Source of the DNA: Massalongia carnosa
Taxonomy: Eukaryota
Reading direction: 5' to 3'
Assembly (NCBI GenBank): GCA_965645245.1
Contig: OZ287074.1
Span: 2,108,001 to 2,172,000 of the forward strand
DNA length: 64,000 nt
Shown in pieces: positions 1-8,931 of the stretch; positions within the stretch are counted from its first letter, which is position 1; every line of letters begins with the position of its first letter. The notes under the pieces were generated by a model, which was not told the DNA's origin, did not search any database, and was given only the letters and a program-made list of their open reading frames with translations. Made by a program: the position numbers and the translations under genes.

Positions 1-229
1 GTTTGGCTTGGTGGGTAAAAAGGCCGAAAGCTGGATAGATGAACGTCAGCCTTTGATTTTGAATAGCTTCATTTTGAAAGGGTCAATCAATGGATATAAT
101 GTAAATAGTGTGAGAAATGCGTCATGGAGATGATAGCGTCATGGAGGTGAGCCGCACCTGGAGCGTAGCTCCGGGTGCGGTCCATCGGATTTACCTCGGT
201 CGCACGGTTACCTGATATACCATTTAACT
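1..229 (+). mobile_element. Partial copia-type LTR, 3' end CCTGATATACCATTTAACT
   Basis: Last 19 nt are identical to the end of the LTR at 53385-53538 (minus), which is followed by a copia PBS; contains a GC hairpin at 152-180. Confidence 0.5.
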
Positions 230-284
230 GCTCGTATCAAATGACGATCTGATCACCCAACAATCATTAGGAAAACAACGGAAA

Positions 285-1916
285 ATGAATACGACAACGA
301 GTGTCGAAGCCCAAGGGCAAGAGATAAGTGAAACTCACGAGCTAACAAGCAAAGCAAGAGAATTTCTGGAAAGAGCAGATGTGATTGTAGCCGGCGCGGA
401 GGCGAGGCGTTGGATACTCGATCTTGTTGAGTTCATAGAAAAAACCTCATCGGAACGCGACGCGCTCGACGCGTCGACGCAGGAAAATTTTCAAGATACA
501 TTGCAGGATATTCAGCAAAGATTGAAGAAGATAGAAAAACAGGGCGAGAATAACGGCAAGGCTCTCAGCTACGCGGCGGTCGCAGCAGGAAAGCGTAAAA
601 GCGGACAGGAAACCGAAGTGAAGAATCAAGGCCTCAACGAGGAAAACACCCTCAGAGAGAAGAGAAAAATGAAGGAAATCATAGTGAGAATAGAAGACCC
701 CAAGGAGCAGGAAGCCCTAGGTAAAAAGACCACAAAGGAAATAGTAGACGCCCTACGAGTCTCTAACGAAGAGGTGACGGGCATCCGACGACTACCAAGT
801 GGAGATCTAAAAATTCACGTAAAAACACCGGAAGTCAAGGAAACCTTGCAAGCACACTCGGAATGGATAAAGAGAGTTGCTGCATCAGCGACGATACGCA
901 AAGAAGGCTATGCAATTCTAGCTCACGGAGTAAAAATGAACGAAGTCAGAGGGTCAAAGCAAGCGAAAGCATTGGAATACTTGACAAAGGAAAACGCAGG
1001 ATTGCATGAAGGACTGAAAATCAATCGAGTAGCCTGGAGCGCCAGAGCCCGCAAACAAAACAAGCGCTACGCCTCGTTACACATCGAGGTAGAAACTGCA
1101 GAAATGGCCAATCGTTTGATCCTCGTAGGACTGGCGGACGAAGGGGAAATAAAAACATGCGAGCTCTTCGAAGCCGGCTGCAAGCTCACGCAATGCTTCA
1201 ATTGTCAGTAATACGGACACATCGCGAAGTTTTGCAAAAATCCCACCGTCTGCGGGTACTGCGTCGGAAGGCACGACAGCAGAAACTGCCCATGCAGCAG
1301 AACCGGAAGGTCCCTACGATGCGCAGTGTGCGGGGACAAGGGACACCCAGCGTGGGCAGCGGAATGCCAAGTCAGGAAAGAGAAAAAACACCGCACGGAA
1401 ATCACAAGAGAATCACGCCGGCGCTTGTACGCAGTGCCGCCCCCACCCAAAGGAAATAAAGCAATCCTCAGCCAAGCGCAGGGGGGGCGTATGGAAGTCG
1501 TAGTCGAGGACGAAACCGAAGCAGGTCATGGGAATCAACAACACCAATCAAACAAACCCACCGACGCCTCACAAAACGAGTTCCCATCGACACACATCAC
1601 CAACGAGGCGGAGCCGCAGGAAGGAGAAGAGGCGGAAAACGAAGTGGAAATGACAGAAACTACGAAGACGATAAGTAAGAGAAAAGAAAGTGCGAGATCA
1701 ATTAGAGAACTGAGAGTCACTCGGTCGCGCTCGTTATCACCACAAGAAGCACAAGAACGGAGGATTCTACGAGGGAGGGAAGAATGGGGGTCGACGAGGG
1801 CAAAAATAATGAACCCAGAAAACAGAGAGTCGGTCTTCGCCAAACCGAAAAGAGGACGTCCGATGACTAGAGCAAGAAACACCAACGAGATACAACTCAA
1901 CGAAAGAATGCTATGA
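285..1916 (+). pseudogene. LINE ORF1 (gag-like, zinc knuckles) with one in-frame stop
   Basis: ORFs 285-1211 and 1326-1916 share a frame: CFNCQ*YGHIAKFC...CGYCVGRHDSRNC...CAVCGDKGHPAWAAEC; TAA at 1209-1211. Confidence 0.9.
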
Positions 1917-4900
1917 AGAACACAGAAACCCTTACGATACTGCAGTACAATGTCAGGAAAAGTGCAAAAGGCACACTGATACCCTTGCTGTCAGATAAAA
2001 GAACACAGGATTTCGACATCATAGCTATTCAAGAACCGTGGAAAAACCCTACGACGTCCCTACTTCTTAACCCCTATCAAAGTGGGTTCCATCTTCTTTA
2101 TAAACCAGGGGGCGACACGCGAGTTTGCTTTTATATCAATAACAAAATAGACCAAGAAAGCTGGGAAGTGGAATACCCGTCAAAGGATATGAGCACATTG
2201 AAAATAAAAGTAAAAATCGGAAACGGAACAAAAATGATTCACATACACTACGTATACAATCCATCGCCCTTATCCACTTCCTCGATAACTAGCCCGTCCA
2301 CCCTATCGACCGTATTACACCAATTACAAGACCCCGGAGAGCATATTCTTCTAGGAGACTTCAATCTCCATCACCCATACTGGGGTGGAGCAGGGGTACG
2401 AGGACAGCACGAGGCGTCCGAACAACTGCTGGACATTATAGAAAACAAAAATCTCTCTCTCACACTTCCAAGAGGAACAATTACATGGGAAGCAAGAAAC
2501 TCGACCAGCACCATTGATCTGGTGTTCATGACAGAAGATTTAACGGAGAGATTAGAACACTGCACCACGGTCCCGGAGATGAATCAAGATTCCGATCACA
2601 TACCGATTTCAACGAGACTGCGGCTCTCCTGCGAACCCCTGACAAAGCTCCCACGAAGGGCCTGGAAACTTCTAAACATGGACAAGGTAAAAGAAATCGA
2701 GAAAAGAACCCCCGCACCACGCATGCCGCACAGCATCGAGGAAATCGATCAATATACCAAGGAAATCCAGGATTACCTCAAGGAAATCGTAGATAAAGCA
2801 GTACCATGGGCCAGACCAAGCCCGGAGGCGAAACCCTTTTGGAATAAGGAATGCGACGACGCAACAAGAGAGACTCGTAGGCTACGAAGAATCTGGACCG
2901 CGGAAAGAAACCTAGCGGATTGGAAAAACTACGTTAAAGCAAACGATAAGAAACAAAAAATTATCGGTAAAGCAAAAAATCTCTGCTTCAAACAGCAAAT
3001 AGCCACAATCACAACTTCCCAATCCGGACTCTTCCGTCTAGCAAAGTGGGGTAAAAACAAAAGTGACGCCCCCAGAGAAATCCCAAAAATGCCCCCCCTG
3101 GCCACAACCCAGGACCCTAATACGATAGCCAATACCTTCGAAGAGAAAGCGAAAATACTAAAGAAATCTTTCTTCCCCCTACCCCCGGACGCAGATCTTA
3201 GCGACATCGTAGGATACACGTACCCGCAAACCCCAGACTGCCCCATCCTGATCACGAAAGAAGAAGTGGCGGCAGCGCTTCGTAGGTCGAAACCAGACAA
3301 GGCACCCGGTCCGGACGGGATCACAAATAGAATTCTCAAGGCATGCTCGGAAAATCTGATCAAGTTGCTGACACCACTGTTCCAGGCCTGCGCAGAGCAG
3401 GGTTATCATCCTCGAGCGTTCAAAACCGCCAACACCATCACGCTGAAGAAACCAGGAAAGAGTAATTACGCGGATCCTAAGGCGTGGAGACCCATTGCGC
3501 TCCTAAACACGCTTGGAAAAATGCTAGAATCCATTATAGCAACGAAAATAAGCTATTTAACGGAAAAACTCAGATTAATTCCAGACACGCAAATGGGAGC
3601 AAGACCAGGCCGCGCAACGGACACAGCGCTCGAACTACTCACGGAGCAGGTACACACGGTCTGGAATCAAGGGAAAGACAAAGTAGCATCGCTTCTTAGT
3701 ATCGACGTCTCAGGCGCCTTCGATACGGTTTCACATCGTAGGCTCATTCATAATCTGAGAAAGAGAAAAATTCCGGAATGGATCACGAAATGGACAGAAA
3801 GCTTCCTCAAGGAAAGAGAAACCACTCTCACTATCAATCAACGAACAACCAACGCATTCCAGCTGAATATAAGAATTCCGCAAGGATCTCCTTTGTCTCC
3901 CATTCTATATCTCTTTTATAATGCAGACTTACTCGATATTTGCAATAGACCAGGTACCAACGCAGCGGGCATGGGTTTCGTAGACGACGTCAATATACTG
4001 GCGTACGGAAAGTCCACCGAAGAGAATTGCAAAACGCTGGAAAAAATACACAACGACTGCGAACGATGGGCCGCTCGCCACGGCTCCGTATTCGCGCCAC
4101 ACAAATACGAGCTGATACACCTGGCAAAGAATCCAAAGAAATTCAACCTGGACGCATCCTTCGCGGTAAGAGGCAAGATCCTGAAGACCAAGACTTCGAT
4201 AAGAGTCCTGGGAGTATACATTGACACTAGACTCGATTGGGCAGCGCATTACAAGGAAATTCAGAAGAAAATGACGAGACAAACAATGGCACTGACCAAA
4301 ATCGCAGCCTCAACCTGGGGGGCGACCCTCCTACGAGCCCGCCACGTGTACACAGCAGTGATACGCCCCGCCATGTCGCACGGCTCGATAGCATGGCACA
4401 TGCCAGCCGAAGCAAGAAAGAAAGCCAAAGTCGAATCAAGAAGCAAACTCGAAGTCATACAAAACAAGTGTTTACGAGTCATAGCCGGAGCGTACAAGGC
4501 TACCCCAATTGAAGTATTACAGGCAGAAACCCACATCCCTCCCTTAACGCAACATCTAGACCGCTTACAAGCAAAAACGAGATCCAGAATCTCGAACAGC
4601 GAACAGGAAAAAATTATAAAGCAGGCGTGCAATAGAATTCAAGTGAAACTCAGAGGCAAAAGAGGTCAATCGCGAGTCGCAGAGAAAACACCGGGAACTC
4701 GTAAACGAGAATGGGTAACAAAGATGACGAAAGACGAACCGAAAACAGTTAAACTGGATCAACCCTCTCCCCCTCCCTGGACAACGATCGACGAGGCACA
4801 GAAGAGACAACGCACAGCGCAAGTAACGACGCAGAACCAACGAGACGGGATAATAAAGAAGCACTTTGAGAATCAGTGGATCAACAAGTGGAAAGCATAT

Positions 4901-5320
4901 CAAGCAAAACACACGTTATATCCCACGATCGCACAACAGGCGCCTATACACAGGAAAAGGCTTAACGCACACAAGTTACTAGACAAAGCGCAAAGCTCAC
5001 TAGCAACACAGATAAGAACGGAAAAAATCGGATTGGCCAACTTTCTATATCGGCGCAAGGTCCCAGGTGTGAACTCGGCGGCATGTCCCTGCGGAAGCCT
5101 CTTACAAACAGCCAAACATGTAATCATGTTCTGCAGACTGCACGAACACAGAACGCACATGCTACGAACGGCAGGCTCGTCAGACTACCGCAAGCTAATC
5201 ACCGAACCCAAAGCTCTCAAAGTAGTAACCGCGTGGCTCATGCGCACAGGTATTTTAACACAGTATTCCATTGCCACGCAACTGCTTGAACAGCAGCCGG
5301 GCAGTCTCTCTTCAGTTTGA
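1913..5320 (+). CDS. LINE ORF2: APE endonuclease, reverse transcriptase, C-terminal CCHC finger (1135 aa)
   Basis: ILQYNV, IQEP, GDFNLHH, SDH (APE); KAPGPDG, PQGSPLSP, FVDD (RT); CPCGSLLQTAKHVIMFC; ATGA overlap with the ORF1 stop. Confidence 0.97.
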   Translation: MKNTETLTILQYNVRKSAKGTLIPLLSDKRTQDFDIIAIQEPWKNPTTSLLLNPYQSGFHLLYKPGGDTRVCFYINNKIDQESWEVEYPSKDMSTLKIKVKIGNGTKMIHIHYVYNPSPLSTSSITSPSTLSTVLHQLQDPGEHILLGDFNLHHPYWGGAGVRGQHEASEQLLDIIENKNLSLTLPRGTITWEARNSTSTIDLVFMTEDLTERLEHCTTVPEMNQDSDHIPISTRLRLSCEPLTKLPRRAWKLLNMDKVKEIEKRTPAPRMPHSIEEIDQYTKEIQDYLKEIVDKAVPWARPSPEAKPFWNKECDDATRETRRLRRIWTAERNLADWKNYVKANDKKQKIIGKAKNLCFKQQIATITTSQSGLFRLAKWGKNKSDAPREIPKMPPLATTQDPNTIANTFEEKAKILKKSFFPLPPDADLSDIVGYTYPQTPDCPILITKEEVAAALRRSKPDKAPGPDGITNRILKACSENLIKLLTPLFQACAEQGYHPRAFKTANTITLKKPGKSNYADPKAWRPIALLNTLGKMLESIIATKISYLTEKLRLIPDTQMGARPGRATDTALELLTEQVHTVWNQGKDKVASLLSIDVSGAFDTVSHRRLIHNLRKRKIPEWITKWTESFLKERETTLTINQRTTNAFQLNIRIPQGSPLSPILYLFYNADLLDICNRPGTNAAGMGFVDDVNILAYGKSTEENCKTLEKIHNDCERWAARHGSVFAPHKYELIHLAKNPKKFNLDASFAVRGKILKTKTSIRVLGVYIDTRLDWAAHYKEIQKKMTRQTMALTKIAASTWGATLLRARHVYTAVIRPAMSHGSIAWHMPAEARKKAKVESRSKLEVIQNKCLRVIAGAYKATPIEVLQAETHIPPLTQHLDRLQAKTRSRISNSEQEKIIKQACNRIQVKLRGKRGQSRVAEKTPGTRKREWVTKMTKDEPKTVKLDQPSPPPWTTIDEAQKRQRTAQVTTQNQRDGIIKKHFENQWINKWKAYQAKHTLYPTIAQQAPIHRKRLNAHKLLDKAQSSLATQIRTEKIGLANFLYRRKVPGVNSAACPCGSLLQTAKHVIMFCRLHEHRTHMLRTAGSSDYRKLITEPKALKVVTAWLMRTGILTQYSIATQLLEQQPGSLSSV

Positions 5321-5512
5321 AAAACAGGTATCGCAGATTTTCGAGATACAGGAATCAATCCGCGGGAGCGGCGAACCCCCGATGAAGCGGATACGCAGGA
5401 GTAGTTTTTCACCTTTGGGTTTTCTACTTATTACATAGCTTATATAGCATCTCCCGCATGGGCCGGCCTTCGGCCGGTGACACAACGGCGTAAGAATAAT
5501 CAAATCAAATCA

Positions 5513-5838
5513 AAATGACGATCTTCTCGTGCTGTGGTTATTTTGGGCCGACCAGATCGTACTTCCGATTTGTGGTCGTCGCGTGTTGTAGCCTTCTTCA
5601 AAGTGTCTACTATGGTGGAACGACCCCATTGCGGAAACTTTTCGTGTATAGTACTAACGGAGGCGCCGGCGAGGCCCATAACGTACATTTTAGCTCTGAT
5701 TATGACGGGCACTTCTTTGTGCGTAGTTTTGGGCTGTTTAGAGCTACGTGGTGGTGGCATGATGGATTGAAAGGTGGTTGTTTACTTTTCAAAACTAAAA
5801 AAATTCTCGCCTATCCGGACACTTCTGACCCCGCATAA
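5513..5838 (-). mobile_element. 5' part of a Tc1-like transposon (HTH), interrupted by the LINE
   Basis: ORF 5760-5513 ends RSGRPKITTAREDRH and continues as LIRA at 250-230 after removing the LINE and one TSD copy. Confidence 0.75.
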
Positions 5839-6023
5839 TAACTAGTGCCCAACGGCTCAAAGACCAAATTAACTATGCATGTTCAATTTGACTACGGAAA
5901 ACCTTCCACCATTTGGTCCTTTCTGTTGGAACTGTGACTGCAACAGGCGGAATGGTAGCACTAGGCAATTGATATGACTAGTTCGACAAACGAGTTCTTG
6001 CACATGCAAAACAAGCTGGGAGA

Positions 6024-6236
6024 TGTCAGGACTCGGGTGTGGGAGCGCTAAATCCAACGGCTCTTTCCGACCGAAGCTTCGGAGATAAGCTTCTAGAGCC
6101 GGATGGAAACTTCGAGAAGAAGGGCAAACGGGCATATAGATTTCACATTCTTCTTTGTAGATAGATTTCTCTTCTTCATGCTTAGTCTCTTAGGTAGCTG
6201 ACTACTATTCGTCTTCCCTGGATAGTGGTTCTTACA
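6024..6236 (+). mobile_element. Solo LTR (213 bp)
   Basis: TG...CA ends, TSD GGAGA, near-identical copy at 55593-55806. Confidence 0.9.
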
Positions 6237-6632
6237 GGAGAAACGATTGACTTTCTACTACTACGTAGGGTAAAACTGCTCCTATTTATGCCCGTCCACC
6301 AGCCATTCCAGAAGCCTTCATTCCCATCTGATCGGTTCCCTCTTCCGATGCGATTTCCGACTTCATACAAATTTGCCACCGTCACAGGCCTTTTCTTGCC
6401 GTTGCCTCAGTACCTCAGACGAAATAGTGCCATCTCAGACCTGAGATGTTTCGAATGAAAAAATCTAATTTACTACTACTTTTCATTTACTTACTATTTG
6501 GCTTGCTATTTTTTCATGCGAATCTCAAAATATCTCTGATTTCTGCTCCGGACCTGCTCCGCTTCGCTCCGCAACGGCCCTGCGCCATCTCCTCCTTGGC
6601 ACCCGCCGAAGCATCTGTCAAAGCATCTTCCA

Positions 6633-7120
6633 AATAGTCTCCCAGATAGCCTCCGCTGATTTTTATAAGGCCCACATCTAGCTCCTAAATAGCCTTTCAA
6701 ATAGTCTCCGCTGCCTTTCAAATTGTCTCCGCTGCTTTTCAAATTGTCTCCCAGATAGCCTCCTAAAAGCCTCCCAAAAAGCCTTTCAAATAGCCTCCTA
6801 AAAAGCCTTTCAAATAGCCTCCCAAATAGCCTTTCAAATTATCTCCCAAGTATCTCTCAAATATCTCCCAAATAGCCTCCCAAATATTCCCTCAAATAGC
6901 TACCAAATAGCCTCCCAAAGAGTCTCCGCTGCTTTTCAGATAGCATCTCAAATAGCCTCCCAAATAGCCTTTCAAATAGCCTCGCATAAAGCCTCCCAAA
7001 TAGCCTCCCAGATAGTCTTCACCGATTTCAAATAGTCTCCCAAATAGCTTCCCAAATAGCCTTCCAGATATTCTGCGCTGCTTTCAAATAACTCTTCAAA
7101 TAGCCTCCCAGATAGCTATC
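6633..7120. repeat. Degenerate 12-bp minisatellite (AAATAGCCTCCC)n; continues at 13177-13330
   Basis: Dozens of imperfect aaatagcctccc / aaatagcctttc / agatagcctccc units on both sides of the gypsy element. Confidence 0.9.
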
Positions 7121-7338
7121 TGTCAGGGTCCTGAGGTCACCTGACATCAGACTAGCATCGATTAGGTAATGTGCCGAGGAACCGACTTTTCAGGGGTTAT
7201 ATAGAACTCCGCCCGAGTAAAGCTTTTAGACTTCGTCTGAAGATTTTGGTGTAGAACTAGGCTATTGAAATTGAACTCGTTTTATCCCTCACACAATCTT
7301 CAGACCTACAATCAGAATCATTAGGCTAATCAGAAAAC

Positions 7339-8931
7339 ATGAACTCATTAGAATCATCCAGCAGAGATGTCGCTCCCTCGGGGCCGGCCTTCAACACTAG
7401 AGCTCGCTCCATGTCGCGACAATCGACACAGAGCATACCAGGCGAATATGAACCCGCCGACGAAGAGGTGGGAAATGACACTGTTTTGCCGACAAACAAA
7501 GACAAAGGCAGGGAACCGAAGATCGAGGCCCCGACCTCAGAACCGAAAATCGACATAAGCAATTATGCCATTTATCGAAGTCTGACGGAAAGCAATCCGT
7601 CGAAATCAGCTATGATCATCAAGGTGGCCAATCGAGAAGAGTTGAGAAGGGCCCTTGTCCTAAAGGGAGACGGCGACATATGGTACACTGTTCTAGCCGG
7701 CACGCTCCTACAACATGAGGTCTTGATCGAGAAATATCAGGACTTGAAAAAAAGAAACAAAGATCTAAAAGGTCTACAGGCAGAATGGACCCGAATGATA
7801 AAGAGCTGGGATCACGAGAGACTAGTATTTGAGGAGGATATCGCGGCTGAAAAATTGGAGACTCAGAAGGTCAAAGCGGAAAACTCGGACCTCATTCGTG
7901 AAATATCAGAGATGAAACGTCTAGCTCGCGAAGCTACTCAGACGTCGACCTCATCGACTGGTCAAACTGAAGATCAATCCGCCGTCGCTGCCCCCTTAAG
8001 CAATTATCGACCCAAAGGCACCAACCCGAAGGAGGCCCTCGACGGTTCCAACTCAGACGCCTATAGTGCATGGGCGTTTACGGTGGAAAGAAAAATCAGA
8101 ACCGACTCCCCAATGTACACTAGTGAGGAGTTGAAAATCGACTACGCCTTATCGCAGATGAAGGATCCCATTTTCGACGCCATACACACCTGGGTAGTGG
8201 ATGCCGGTCCCACTCTCTCTTTGAATACGTTCTTCAAGGAAATTGAGAGCTATCTCGGGATAGCATATTTGACAAAGGACGCGAAGAAGGAATTGAAAGA
8301 AATAAGCATGAACAAAGATGAAACGGTGACTGAATACTATCATCGAATGTTCAAACTCTGGCAACGTGCAAAAACCCCCGCGGATGAGAGAATTGAGACG
8401 TTCAAGGACACCCTGCGGCCGAACATCGCGCTGTCTCTATTGGGACGGGACTTCATCAGTCTAGAAACCCTCTTGCATGAAGCCAGGAAAATCGAACAGG
8501 GAAGAAAGGAGATGAATCAGAAGTACGCGAAGTCGGAATCTCAGAAGCCCGCGAAAACGACGACTTCTCCTTCTTCTTCCGTCGGTCGTGGTTTAAACAA
8601 AACCACGACCGCCACCTCCAGTACCTCGATCACAGTCAAACCAAAAGCGACTACGACCAACTCCGCCATCTCCGCCAACCCGAACTCGAAATTCGGACAG
8701 GTCTCGACCAAACCGGAAGGATGGGTAGGAGCTTGGTACGAGGGGACGCTTCACCCGCCCAAGTTGGAGGACGGGGAACGAGAGACTCTGTCACGACAGG
8801 GCCGATGTTGGTCGTGCAGAGGATCAGGGCATAGGGGCCGAGACCCCTGTTGCATTAGGCAAGCAGTGAATCTCAGTAGAGTCGCCATTCGAGAAGACTC
8901 ATCCGAGTCCGAGGACTCGGAAAAAGAATGA
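7339..8931 (+). CDS. gag: Gypsy Gag with C-terminal zinc knuckle
   Basis: 530-aa ORF, retrotransposon-gag-like core (ETVTEYYHRMFKL), CWSCRGSGHRGRDPCC. Confidence 0.9.
   Translation: MNSLESSSRDVAPSGPAFNTRARSMSRQSTQSIPGEYEPADEEVGNDTVLPTNKDKGREPKIEAPTSEPKIDISNYAIYRSLTESNPSKSAMIIKVANREELRRALVLKGDGDIWYTVLAGTLLQHEVLIEKYQDLKKRNKDLKGLQAEWTRMIKSWDHERLVFEEDIAAEKLETQKVKAENSDLIREISEMKRLAREATQTSTSSTGQTEDQSAVAAPLSNYRPKGTNPKEALDGSNSDAYSAWAFTVERKIRTDSPMYTSEELKIDYALSQMKDPIFDAIHTWVVDAGPTLSLNTFFKEIESYLGIAYLTKDAKKELKEISMNKDETVTEYYHRMFKLWQRAKTPADERIETFKDTLRPNIALSLLGRDFISLETLLHEARKIEQGRKEMNQKYAKSESQKPAKTTTSPSSSVGRGLNKTTTATSSTSITVKPKATTTNSAISANPNSKFGQVSTKPEGWVGAWYEGTLHPPKLEDGERETLSRQGRCWSCRGSGHRGRDPCCIRQAVNLSRVAIREDSSESEDSEKE

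Larger units (their letters stand above)
251..5512 (+). mobile_element. Near full-length Tad-clade LINE (non-LTR retrotransposon)
   Basis: 12-bp TSD AAATGACGATCT at 239-250 and 5513-5524; ORF1 and ORF2; 3' hairpin and (ATCAA)n tail. Confidence 0.95.

Noticed and set aside
447..5412. Many short antisense and alternate-frame ORFs over the LINE, and likewise over the other TEs and genes
   Set aside because: Shadows of real coding frames with no motifs of their own.
5453..5500. LINE 3' motif as an HDV-like ribozyme (GGCCGGC resemblance)
   Set aside because: Could not build the nested double pseudoknot; it folds as a simple stem-loop and lies at the 3' end.
6633..7120. Short repeats as a CRISPR array or telomere
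   Set aside because: Contiguous degenerate 12-mers with no spacers, in a eukaryotic context; not TTAGGG.
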